Assembly (NCBI GenBank): GCA_945861685.1
Contig: CAMAVO010000002.1
Location: 1-51,488 of the forward strand
Direction: 5' to 3'
Source of the DNA: Chitinophaga pinensis
Lineage (GTDB): Bacteria; Bacteroidota; Bacteroidia; SXHM01
DNA: 51,488 bases
Shown one piece after another: positions 9,466 to 17,046 of the stretch. Made by a program: the position numbers and the translations under genes. The notes under the pieces are model-generated. The model made no database searches. It had not been told where the DNA came from and saw nothing but the letters and a program-made list of their open reading frames with translations. Each line of letters starts with the position of its first letter. Within the stretch, counting starts at the first letter, position 1.

Positions 9466-9512
9466 GATTGATTTTATATTTGGCAATATTAACAAAATCA
9501 AAATTAAAATGT

Positions 9513-10217
9513 TTAAATCTTTGCAACCACTGCCTGAAATTCTTTCAGGTAAAAAGGTTCAGAATACGCAAGGTTGGCAAACTGTTTTTCTTTATAAGCA
9601 GCATGTGCCAGCGTTATCATATTCTGTGCCGAGGGCAAAAACTCATCAAAGAAATAGGTATTGGCTTTAGGTGATAATACTGGTTTGCATTTAGTAGCTC
9701 CATTACCGAAAAACAGCAGTTTATACTTCTTCAGCCAATCGCTGTAAGAAGCGGCATCGATTATATCGGCAGAGGGCGGACGCACTTCGTTCAGGTCTTT
9801 GTCAAAGAAGGCAGTATATACTTCCATTCTGCGGGCATCTATCATAGGACAAAGCAATACATCGGGTTGGAGGAATAAATTTTCCACATCGCGTAAATGA
9901 AGAGCGCCTGCTGCCATGGCTTTTAAAGTGCTGATGGCAATCAAGGGAATATTCAGCGCATAACAAAAGCCCTTGGCTGCCGACATGCCTATTCTTAAGC
10001 CCGTATAAGAACCAGGACCACAACTAACTGCAACAGCATCTAACTGGCTGTATTCTGTGTTAGTTTTTTTCATTAAGGCATCAATCAATACCGTTAGTTT
10101 TTCGGCATGGGCAAAGCCGGTAGCATCCTCTTCCACTCCTGCAAATTTTGCGTTGTTGTAGCTTAAAGCAACGGAGCAAACTTCGGTAGCGGTTTCTATG
10201 TATAATATTCGCGGCAT
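9513..10217 (-). CDS. tsaB: tRNA threonylcarbamoyladenosine biosynthesis protein TsaB
   Basis: YeaZ/TsaB-like N-terminus (MPRILYIETATEVCSVAL, VSCGPGSYTGLRIG). The start is set at Met18 of the listed ORF. Confidence 0.85.
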   Translation of the reverse strand: MPRILYIETATEVCSVALSYNNAKFAGVEEDATGFAHAEKLTVLIDALMKKTNTEYSQLDAVAVSCGPGSYTGLRIGMSAAKGFCYALNIPLIAISTLKAMAAGALHLRDVENLFLQPDVLLCPMIDARRMEVYTAFFDKDLNEVRPPSADIIDAASYSDWLKKYKLLFFGNGATKCKPVLSPKANTYFFDEFLPSAQNMITLAHAAYKEKQFANLAYSEPFYLKEFQAVVAKI

Positions 10218-10287
10218 GGTGTGGTTTAAAAAAGCAGAGCGTCCCGATAACCGAAACGCTCTGCGCAAAATTAGATTATTACAACAA

Positions 10288-13200
10288 TTATTTCACGCTT
10301 AGTTTTTTGGTGATTTTGTTATTGTTTTTCAAATCATTGATAGTTACAAAATAAATACCTGCACTCAGGCTGCTTACATCAACAGCAAGTTTATCGCTGA
10401 AGGAAGAAGAGCTTGCAATGATATTTCCTGAAATGCTGATAATATCAACCTGGTACTCGCCTGCTTTTGACATGTAAATGTTTACCAAGTCATCAGTAGG
10501 GTTAGGGAATACAAGAGCCTTCAATTCGTCTTTTACAACAGTTGGCTTATCAACATTGGTGTAGTTCTGTGTGTAGATAGGCAGGTTGATATGTGTTGGG
10601 TATTCCGGTGCAAAAGCCACACGCTGAACAGCTACACGAGGGAACATATCCACTCCCTGGAAACGGTAGCTACGACCATCACCCGGTTTTCTGCGGAAGA
10701 AATCACCCGGTTCGATAGGAATATTAGGATTAACCTGAAAACGAGTATAGATGCTGCTTGAAATCAGGATTTTCATTTTGTGACCGTGTCCGAATGTGTA
10801 AGCAATAGGAGGCATCGGGAAAACGTATTCGTAAATTTTTCCTGCTTCAATGTTAGTGAAAGGAGTCTGGTCATTAGGATACGGGAAGTTCAAATCCATC
10901 TCAGGATGATCTACCAGATTACGAACATAATCTCTTGCACGTGCGTTTACACAACCTTCAATTACAAAATACTCGTGTCCGTCAGGATAGACGTCAATTA
11001 CACGAACCATGAAATCGGTATCGGTTGGGTCGCCTTCTGCAGCCCCACCCGGATTGGTTTTAGCATACAATCTTACGTGCGGGAAACCAATCACGCACAT
11101 TGAATCCACTACCGGTTCTGAGCTGTATTGCAATACGCCCTGACGGTCTATAGTATAAGAGGCATAACGCTCGTCTTTGATATTGAACTGACCTTGTGAA
11201 GTACGTTCTCCATCAGGTGTGCGAACAATCATATTAGAACCTCCGATACCATAAATAGGATCATCGGGGTCGTGTACGAAAATGTTAACACCTTCATCTT
11301 CTACTGGTGCTGTTTCGTTCAATGTTCCATCAGCGTGCAGGAACCAATCGTGTCTTTCAATTGCTGATTCGGGAAGAGGGAAGGTGTCTGATTTAAACCA
11401 GTAGCATCCTTTGCCTTCATTCTCAGGCATACCATCATCATTTGGGCCTATTACATAAAAACGTACGTTAGCCACATCTGTTTCATCCGAGAAATCGCGG
11501 TAAGGAATAGTTACGATAGCTCCCGAGTCTAAGCCTGGAATAACAGGGTCTCCAAATGCAGGAAAATCGAACACAGTATCCTGAACATTTCCACCAATAC
11601 TTATCTCGGCTTTAATATTAGTGAGACCGGAGGTTCCGTTTAATAAACCTAGCAGCTCATTAAAACTCATCACATAATCCTCAGAAGGAACACGCACTTT
11701 AATTAAACCGTTGGCAACAACATTTTGCCAAGACGTATTTTCAGGAATAACACATTTAGGTTCGCCCAGGTAATTATCGTTTTGATAGTTGAGGTTGTAA
11801 CGGAACCATGCGATAACCTCTGATGTTAAGATTTTGCTGATAGGAGTGTTGGTAGCAGAAACTTCATCAAAGTCAAAACCAAGCAGGTCGCTGATGTTAT
11901 CAGGATAAGTTCTGTCGCCTGTTGTTTTTGAACCGATGGTTTGGTGAGCCCAAGGACCGATTACCAGTTTTTGTTTTTTGTTGTTACCATGTGCAGGGTC
12001 AATGAATTTGCGCATGAATGCCCATGTTTCAATTTGTCCGTCAATGAAAATATCCCACCATCCGGTTAAGTGATAAGCAGGCACGTCCATGTTACTGTAT
12101 CGGCTGAAAATGTCCTGACCAAGTACATCACCGGGTTGTTCCATTTTGCAATTACCTGCTGAATCAATCATTCCACGGCTGGCATCCATATCTTTTCTGC
12201 CTACCGAGTTTGGATAGTATCCGCAAGGGCCAATGTTTCCGTTCTGATCTTCGTAGCGCATAGAAACAAAGTGGTCAATGGCGAGTGCTGCTGCATCAAA
12301 TTTGTTTTCCTGATAGCTCTGCAAGATGTTGTTTACATACATTGATTTCGGAAGATCGTAATCTTTAGAAGTATGAATATTATTCTGCATTTCGTTGTCA
12401 ATGTCCATGAGGTCATCATCGGTACCGGTGAAGATTTGTCCTTTGAGCCAGCCTGTTACAAGACGGTCGCGCAACACCCCGTTCTGGAAGCCGGTGCTTT
12501 TAAAGAACTCGTTAGGGGCAACAATAGGAAGCAGGGCTTTTAATCCGGGAGCAGAAGGGTCAATTTTATGAGCTGCTGCTGCCTGATATTGATTGTAGCC
12601 AAGAGCTGAGCCACCAAACATGGCAATCCAACCGTTTACCACAAAATCGTTGGTATCTGCAATGCCATCCAAGTCATAATCGTAATCGCGTTTAAAATCG
12701 TTTACAATGTATTTGATGGTGTTGTATCCATCTTCGTGACGGTTACCGTTTTTAGGGTCGCTTGGATCTGTTTCGTCCAAGACGTGCTGCCAGTTTGCGT
12801 GGTAGGTATTTTTTTCCCAGCCATCGCTTTGCAGCGGAAAGTAAACACCTTCAGAGGCATAACGTCCGCGCATATCCTGAACAGAGAAGGCATATCCTAA
12901 AATAGAAACCAATGAACCTACGGGGTCGTTTCCATCTCCTTTGTCGTAAGGGGTACGCTGCAGAATCATTGGTAGTTTGTAGGGATTAGCATTTGCTGTA
13001 CCAATGGTATCGCCACCGCTGATGGTGTAGGTTGAATCATACAGAATAAGTTGTGTGCCTTTGCGGATGAATTCAATGGGGAGCACTTCCATACCAAAAA
13101 TGGGCTGGTCGCTGATTACTACCATAAGACAATCCTGGGTGATGGGAAGATAAATATCTGTCATTAATTTAACACCATCGGGCATTTCCATCGGGAGGGT

Positions 13201-13320
13201 GATGGTGCTGGAGAGTTCGCTGAAATCGTCAAGCTTTCCGTTGTTTTCCCAAGGTTGCTGGGCTGAAACAGTGGGCAAAATGCTGCAAAGAGTAAGCAGT
13301 GTGAGTAAGATTTTTTTCAT
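10288..13320 (-). CDS. CocE/NonD (X-Pro dipeptidyl-peptidase S15) family hydrolase with T9SS type A C-terminal sorting domain
   Basis: 1010 aa with a signal peptide and an LQRTPYDKG-type CocE/NonD N-terminal core. The C-terminus (LVFPNPTDDLVNIY...AGIYFVTI...KKLSVK) is typical of T9SS cargo. Confidence 0.85.
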   Translation of the reverse strand: MKKILLTLLTLCSILPTVSAQQPWENNGKLDDFSELSSTITLPMEMPDGVKLMTDIYLPITQDCLMVVISDQPIFGMEVLPIEFIRKGTQLILYDSTYTISGGDTIGTANANPYKLPMILQRTPYDKGDGNDPVGSLVSILGYAFSVQDMRGRYASEGVYFPLQSDGWEKNTYHANWQHVLDETDPSDPKNGNRHEDGYNTIKYIVNDFKRDYDYDLDGIADTNDFVVNGWIAMFGGSALGYNQYQAAAAHKIDPSAPGLKALLPIVAPNEFFKSTGFQNGVLRDRLVTGWLKGQIFTGTDDDLMDIDNEMQNNIHTSKDYDLPKSMYVNNILQSYQENKFDAAALAIDHFVSMRYEDQNGNIGPCGYYPNSVGRKDMDASRGMIDSAGNCKMEQPGDVLGQDIFSRYSNMDVPAYHLTGWWDIFIDGQIETWAFMRKFIDPAHGNNKKQKLVIGPWAHQTIGSKTTGDRTYPDNISDLLGFDFDEVSATNTPISKILTSEVIAWFRYNLNYQNDNYLGEPKCVIPENTSWQNVVANGLIKVRVPSEDYVMSFNELLGLLNGTSGLTNIKAEISIGGNVQDTVFDFPAFGDPVIPGLDSGAIVTIPYRDFSDETDVANVRFYVIGPNDDGMPENEGKGCYWFKSDTFPLPESAIERHDWFLHADGTLNETAPVEDEGVNIFVHDPDDPIYGIGGSNMIVRTPDGERTSQGQFNIKDERYASYTIDRQGVLQYSSEPVVDSMCVIGFPHVRLYAKTNPGGAAEGDPTDTDFMVRVIDVYPDGHEYFVIEGCVNARARDYVRNLVDHPEMDLNFPYPNDQTPFTNIEAGKIYEYVFPMPPIAYTFGHGHKMKILISSSIYTRFQVNPNIPIEPGDFFRRKPGDGRSYRFQGVDMFPRVAVQRVAFAPEYPTHINLPIYTQNYTNVDKPTVVKDELKALVFPNPTDDLVNIYMSKAGEYQVDIISISGNIIASSSSFSDKLAVDVSSLSAGIYFVTINDLKNNNKITKKLSVK

Positions 13321-13443
13321 TGCGTATTATGAATTAGTTACTGCAATATTATGATTTAATTAACTGAAAACAAATTTTTGGTTTTTAGCGGGACAGGTCA
13401 GACCGAAACGGGCAGGATGGAAAGGTTTATGTGTGGGGAGAAC

Positions 13444-13745
13444 TTAGGGACAGTTTTTGGCATTTTAGGAACTGTTTAAAACAGTTTAGGAATGGGTTTG
13501 GAGAATTTAGGAATAGGCTTGGACGGTTTAGGAATAGTTGGGAAGGGTTTAGGAAGCTGCACTGACGTTTGAGGATATGTTGCGGACTTTTGAGGATGGA
13601 TTGCAAACGATTTAGGAATTGATACTATGGTTTACGGAATTGTCATTATGGGTTTAGGGGTTATCATTATGGGTTGAGGAATTGTCACTAAGGGTTTAGG
13701 GATTGGTGTTAGGGGTTTAGGGATTGGTGGGGAAGGGTTAGGAGA
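13444..13745. repeat. 15-unit tandem array with exact 21-bp phase (about 11-bp core GTTTAGGAAT plus about 10-bp variable part)
   Basis: The core AGGA/AGGG recurs at 13446, 13467, 13488, 13509, 13530, 13551, 13572, 13593, 13614, (13636 GGA), 13656, 13677, 13698, 13719 and 13740, always 21 nt apart. Confidence 0.85.
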
Positions 13746-13758
13746 AGGTGTTTTTTGC

Positions 13759-13783
13759 CACAGATTGCACAGATTAACACAGA
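13759..13783. repeat. short tandem CACAGATT motif (CACAGATTGCACAGATTAACACAGA)
   Basis: Direct duplication read from the sequence. This is the type of short motif commonly scattered in Bacteroidota intergenic DNA. Confidence 0.5.
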
Positions 13784-13883
13784 ACGAGGAGTTGTTACAC
13801 TGAGGAGGAGGGATAGAAAGGGAATAGAAAGTTTCTTTACTTTTCTTTGCTTGCCCAAAGAAAAGTAACAAAAGAAAAGGCAC

Positions 13884-13972
13884 CACGCTGAAAAACCACA
13901 GGCTTGGTCTGTCGCACGGGCAGCCTTGCTTGCCGACCAACCTGTGGTTCGCACTCAGCGTGGACACCTGCC
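13884..13972. repeat. long imperfect palindromic (MITE/REP-like) element
   Basis: The left arm CACGCTGAAAAACCACAGGCTTGGTC is inverted by the right arm GACCAACCTGTGGTTCGCACTCAGCGTG. It is preceded by a 12-bp inverted repeat TTACTTTTCTTT/AAAGAAAAGTAA near 13838-13870. Confidence 0.6.
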
Positions 13973-14016
13973 CACAGGCGATGGACGCGAGGTTGAGTTG
14001 ATGGCAAAAGACAAAA

Positions 14017-14043
14017 AGAAACCACACTATTGATGTGGTTTCT
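14017..14043 (-). terminator. rho-independent terminator closing the minus-strand island gene string
   Basis: 10-bp stem AGAAACCACA/TGTGGTTTCT with a 7-nt loop, followed on the minus strand by TTTTTGTCTTTT. It lies 13 nt after the stop of the 72-aa ORF. Confidence 0.65.
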
Positions 14044-14055
14044 TTTGCAGCACGG

Positions 14056-14274
14056 TTATGTTTTAGATTGTTTAATTCTATTCATTAACATTTCTATGCT
14101 TTCATAGGTATGAATAGCTATGTTTTCAAGCGCATTTATACGCGTAACCTCATGTCCATTTTTGTTCTTCTCTCTGCTCATTGTTGTTATACAATCAGCA
14201 TTAAGTGTAATCAAATGTTCATTTGACTCAGAACTGGTTACATACTTTCCGGAAAATCGAATTATTTTACACAT
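14056..14274 (-). CDS. hypothetical small protein (72 aa)
   Basis: ORF only. It is co-directional with the next ORF and 9 nt downstream of it, and is followed by a terminator. No recognisable motif. Confidence 0.4.
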   Translation of the reverse strand: MCKIIRFSGKYVTSSESNEHLITLNADCITTMSREKNKNGHEVTRINALENIAIHTYESIEMLMNRIKQSKT

Positions 14275-14283
14275 GGTAGTTTT

Positions 14284-14589
14284 TTATTTATTGATTATTT
14301 GGACTTCATAGTTTAGTTTTTTGATGATTTGGTTCATTACTTCTGTATAGCAAGCACGGATGAGTTTACCGTCTTTTATTGTAAGAACTAAATTTGGGAA
14401 CTCCATATCAAGAGGGATTGGGAGTTTATGACGTTTAAGAAACTCGTAACGTGCAATGATGATGCAGTTTGATTCGAGCCATTTCTTTTTTGACGACATG
14501 ATTACCTGCTCGATTGATTTTTTATCGGGCATAAGGCGGGAAGGCTTGCAGCCCCCGTTTGATGATATATTAAATTCTGAAATTTGCAT
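14284..14589 (-). CDS. hypothetical small protein (about 101 aa)
   Basis: ORF only. The start is set at the internal ATG (MQISEF) because upstream codons run into the AT-rich promoter-like region. No recognisable motif. Confidence 0.45.
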   Translation of the reverse strand: MQISEFNISSNGGCKPSRLMPDKKSIEQVIMSSKKKWLESNCIIIARYEFLKRHKLPIPLDMEFPNLVLTIKDGKLIRACYTEVMNQIIKKLNYEVQIINK

Positions 14590-14593
14590 TTTA

Positions 14594-14618
14594 TTGTTTT
14601 TTATTGTTAATAAATTTG
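14594..14618 (+). promoter_or_regulatory. possible Bacteroidota-type promoter (TTG ... TAAATTTG) facing the structured region
   Basis: TAAATTTG at 14611-14618 fits the TAnnTTTG -7 consensus, with TTG at 14594-14596 and 14604-14606. A competing minus-strand box TATATTTG lies at 15031-15024. Chance matches are plausible in AT-rich DNA. Confidence 0.2.
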
Positions 14619-14624
14619 AAACAG

Positions 14625-15010
14625 TGCCGCGCACCGCATAGACGAGGTTTAAGTAAACCTGAATAAAAATAAATGACGAATTTTTTAATGACGATCTCTG
14701 AACAAACCCGTAGGTTTGTTTCTAAATACTCCATCAGCAAATTTGCTGAGGTTGACGGTCTACGTTAGCTGAACGTTTTTTTCTTATTCAGCTCTTCGGC
14801 CTAGTTGCCGGAAATTATGTCTCTAGTTCGTACAGCAGTTTTGCTGTATCAATAGTCACTCTGCGCATTTACTGCGTGTCTAGTGTAAGGCTATTGCCTT
14901 CACATTACTAACTCAACGGGGCTGAATACGAGTGCTATATCCAGCTCGCAGGACCCGCCTGCTAATCGTAAGCATTGGCACTCCAACGCTACATAAAAGA
15001 TTTATGGTTT
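14625..15010 (+). ncRNA. candidate structured non-coding RNA or cis-regulatory element (unclassified, strand tentative)
   Basis: No ORF of 60 aa or more lies in this stretch. At least ten local hairpins occur within 14645-14962, plus a 10-bp long-range helix (14785-14794 with 14919-14928). Seven wobble positions are G-T on the plus strand and would be A-C mismatches on the minus strand. Confidence 0.3.
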
Positions 15011-15155
15011 TATGATTTGACAACAAATATAAAACAGAAAAAATTAAAATACAACAAAGTGATAAAAATTATTTTTAATTGAGCGGGTTAAAATCAGGAG
15101 CGTCAGGGCCCGCTTTGTACATATGCTGTTCATCATGGAAGCAGAAGCGTTAGGA

Positions 15156-15563
15156 TTACAGCATCAAGGCACCCAAAGGAGAAACTGAATATTGCAAAAT
15201 ATTTGGATAGATGTCTGAAAGTGTTTCAATGAAATCTTCTCTGAATGTAATTTCAGGTCTTGGCGCTGTGATGTTTTCCATTGAATTGCTGTTCCGATTT
15301 TTTGATGTACTATAATTAAATGTTGGAAAGCTATCGCCTTTGAGTTTATTATTACTCCAGTGTAATGCCTGCAGATTTCGAATATTGTCATCACCACCTT
15401 TGCTAACAGGGAAAATATGGTCAACACTCCAACCGTATTCGGTTTGTTTGCCATGCTCAGTTCTTTTAATTATTGCCCCAAAGTCATCCAAGCGATATTC
15501 ATTTGGGTCAAGGTTTTTATCTATTAAGGCTGATTCCCAAATTGTATTTAGTTTGTCTGTCAT
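15156..15563 (-). CDS. small stand-alone HNH endonuclease
   Basis: 135 aa with an HNH core: GWSVDHIFPVSKGGDDNIRNLQALHWSNNKLKGD. Confidence 0.8.
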   Translation of the reverse strand: MTDKLNTIWESALIDKNLDPNEYRLDDFGAIIKRTEHGKQTEYGWSVDHIFPVSKGGDDNIRNLQALHWSNNKLKGDSFPTFNYSTSKNRNSNSMENITAPRPEITFREDFIETLSDIYPNILQYSVSPLGALML

Positions 15564-15610
15564 AGTATTTGTTTTAGTTAATAAGTCACAAAGGTGAGTG
15601 TTTCGTTAAT

Positions 15611-16222
15611 TCATTTTTTTTCTTTGCCACGGCAGGCTATTCTTTGCAACGAAAGCACATCATCATACAGGTTTTTTTTCTTTTGATATTCATTGATAAA
15701 GTCAGGACTAATCTCAAACTCCTTATAGCTTGAATATTTGGGGTCTATTAATAAATGTAATTTCTTCTTGTTCTGATGATAGCAGGCAACATTCACCAAT
15801 ACACTTCGTGAAATCTGAACAAGATGAAACCCAATATTATCAAGTTCCAAGCAAAACTGAGACATTGTTAATTTGCCTCTGTTGACGGTAATAATATCGC
15901 TTTGATACAATACACCCTCTATATTTTTAATTACAGATTTCAGATATACATCTTTCTTTTTTTTGTTAGCAATTACACATATTACATCCGTTGGTTTAAT
16001 CAGATAGGTAAGAGGTTTGTGGTCTTCAGATGCGTGTACCTGAATCGGGAGGGGATTTAAAAGAAAATTATACTTCTCTAATTCTGTTTGCACCAATTCA
16101 AAAAGGTATAGTGTCCAATACTTTTTATTAGTGCTTAACTCACTCTTTAACTCCCGTATAGTTTTGTTTGCTACTGAAAGTTTCTTTATGAGTTTAATAT
16201 TTTCATTTTTATAATCTTTCAT
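15611..16222 (-). CDS. coiled-coil protein with C-terminal LytTR-type DNA-binding domain, no receiver domain
   Basis: The N-terminal 60 aa are heptad-like. The C-terminal half shows IKPTDVICVIANKKKKDVYLKS ... FHLVQISRSVLVNV, which matches the LytTR pattern (F-x-x-x-HRS-x-x-VN). Confidence 0.6.
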   Translation of the reverse strand: MKDYKNENIKLIKKLSVANKTIRELKSELSTNKKYWTLYLFELVQTELEKYNFLLNPLPIQVHASEDHKPLTYLIKPTDVICVIANKKKKDVYLKSVIKNIEGVLYQSDIITVNRGKLTMSQFCLELDNIGFHLVQISRSVLVNVACYHQNKKKLHLLIDPKYSSYKEFEISPDFINEYQKKKNLYDDVLSLQRIACRGKEKK

Positions 16223-16320
16223 TACTTAGGAACAGGGTGTTGAGATTTTGATTTTCGTCTGTCATGTTTTTTAGTGATGGTGTTGCCCAAAACTAAGGAA
16301 TAAATTGCAAAGTGTTTATG

Positions 16321-16419
16321 CGGCAGGATGCCGGTTAAAGGAAGCGTAGCGGGACTCTACGCTTAACACACGCTACGAGCAACGGGGGGCAAAGAGCCTC
16401 GCGCGAGCGGGTAACGTGT
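16321..16419. other. GC-rich hairpin cluster in the divergent intergenic region of the AT-rich island
   Basis: Hairpins occur at 16321-16333 (CGGCA-GGA-TGCCG) and at 16342-16349/16357-16364 (8 bp, 7-nt loop). An alternative 7-bp pairing joins 16345-16351 with 16371-16377. The outer helix is ACACG 16368-16372 with CGTGT 16415-16419. A CTCGCGCGAG palindrome lies at 16398-16407. Confidence 0.3.
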
Positions 16420-16473
16420 CTTAAAAGTAAATTGAAATTAAAAGGACCACTTTACTTTTACCCAAAATTATTT

Positions 16474-17046
16474 ATGCCTTTTCAGAAACCAGAGTTCATA
16501 AACCTAAATGAAATGCCATTAGCAAGCTATACAATCATTTATCGCATTAATGATTGCTATTCAGTAAAGGAATTATCAAAGTTCCACAGTAAGTTTCAAT
16601 TGCTGTTTCAAAAATTTGAAAGCAAAATACAGCAAATGAATCTACTCCTTATTGATAGTGTATTCCCTAACATACTTGCTGATGTTGCCTTAGAAGTTCT
16701 TGTGAATAAGATTGAAACCTTTAATCAATACATTAATTCAAAAGAAAAAATCAAAATTATTGACACTCAACAGGAGAGGAGTTATTTCAAGTATAAACTC
16801 TACAATTTTATTCATTTATTACTCTATTCAGAAATAGCTTTGAATGAACTATGTAATGGAGAAACTTTTATGAATAAAGTTTATTGCTTTATAAATGACA
16901 CTGGAGAATACGAATTTTATTCAGCCTTGGAAAGAAATAAACTGCAACTCCTATTGCTAAAGAAGATAAAACTTGAAATAGATTTGAAGTCATCATCTAT
17001 TACAAAGCACCAAGTTAAATTGTGCTTAAAGATTAGAGTAGGTTAG
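16474..17046 (+). CDS. hypothetical protein, predicted all-helical
   Basis: The listed ORF begins at TTG 16432. The first ATG is at 16474 (MPFQKPEF). The 3' end overlaps the convergent DUF3883 gene by 4 nt. No recognisable family. Confidence 0.5.
   Translation: MPFQKPEFINLNEMPLASYTIIYRINDCYSVKELSKFHSKFQLLFQKFESKIQQMNLLLIDSVFPNILADVALEVLVNKIETFNQYINSKEKIKIIDTQQERSYFKYKLYNFIHLLLYSEIALNELCNGETFMNKVYCFINDTGEYEFYSALERNKLQLLLLKKIKLEIDLKSSSITKHQVKLCLKIRVG

Noticed and set aside
13444-13745. CRISPR array or other guide-RNA array (TIGR-like) interpretation of the 21-bp repeat array
   Set aside because: The roughly 11-nt core and 10-nt variable part are far shorter than CRISPR repeats and spacers. 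Adjacent variable parts are near-duplicates of each other, which indicates drift rather than acquisition. There is no alternating two-repeat structure, and no cas, Nop-domain or other large RNA-guided protein gene in the window.
13444-13745. Resemblance of the core TTTAGGG to plant-type telomere repeats
   Set aside because: The period is 21 nt, not 7. The core is mostly TTTAGGAAT. The context is an internal bacterial intergenic region.
13632-14027. 131-aa minus-strand ORF ending in IPKP heptad repeats, plus overlapping ORFs 13709-13954 and 13837-14025
   Set aside because: The ORF is a read-through of the repeat mosaic and the minisatellite. The heptad frame continues beyond the stop and contains about the two in-frame stops expected by chance for 15 variable segments. 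There is no credible start context.
14917-14990. tmRNA or tRNA-like gene suggested by GGGGCTGAATACG
   Set aside because: There is no complementary 3' acceptor strand, no T-arm (GGTTCGAATCC-like) sequence, no CCA-proximal end and no tag-peptide reading frame on either strand.
14640-15150. HEARO/omega-RNA (IscB-associated) or group I intron with an HNH homing endonuclease
   Set aside because: The adjacent HNH protein is only 135 aa with no RuvC segments. No interrupted host gene or recognisable intron core could be identified by eye. The region is kept only as an unclassified structured element.
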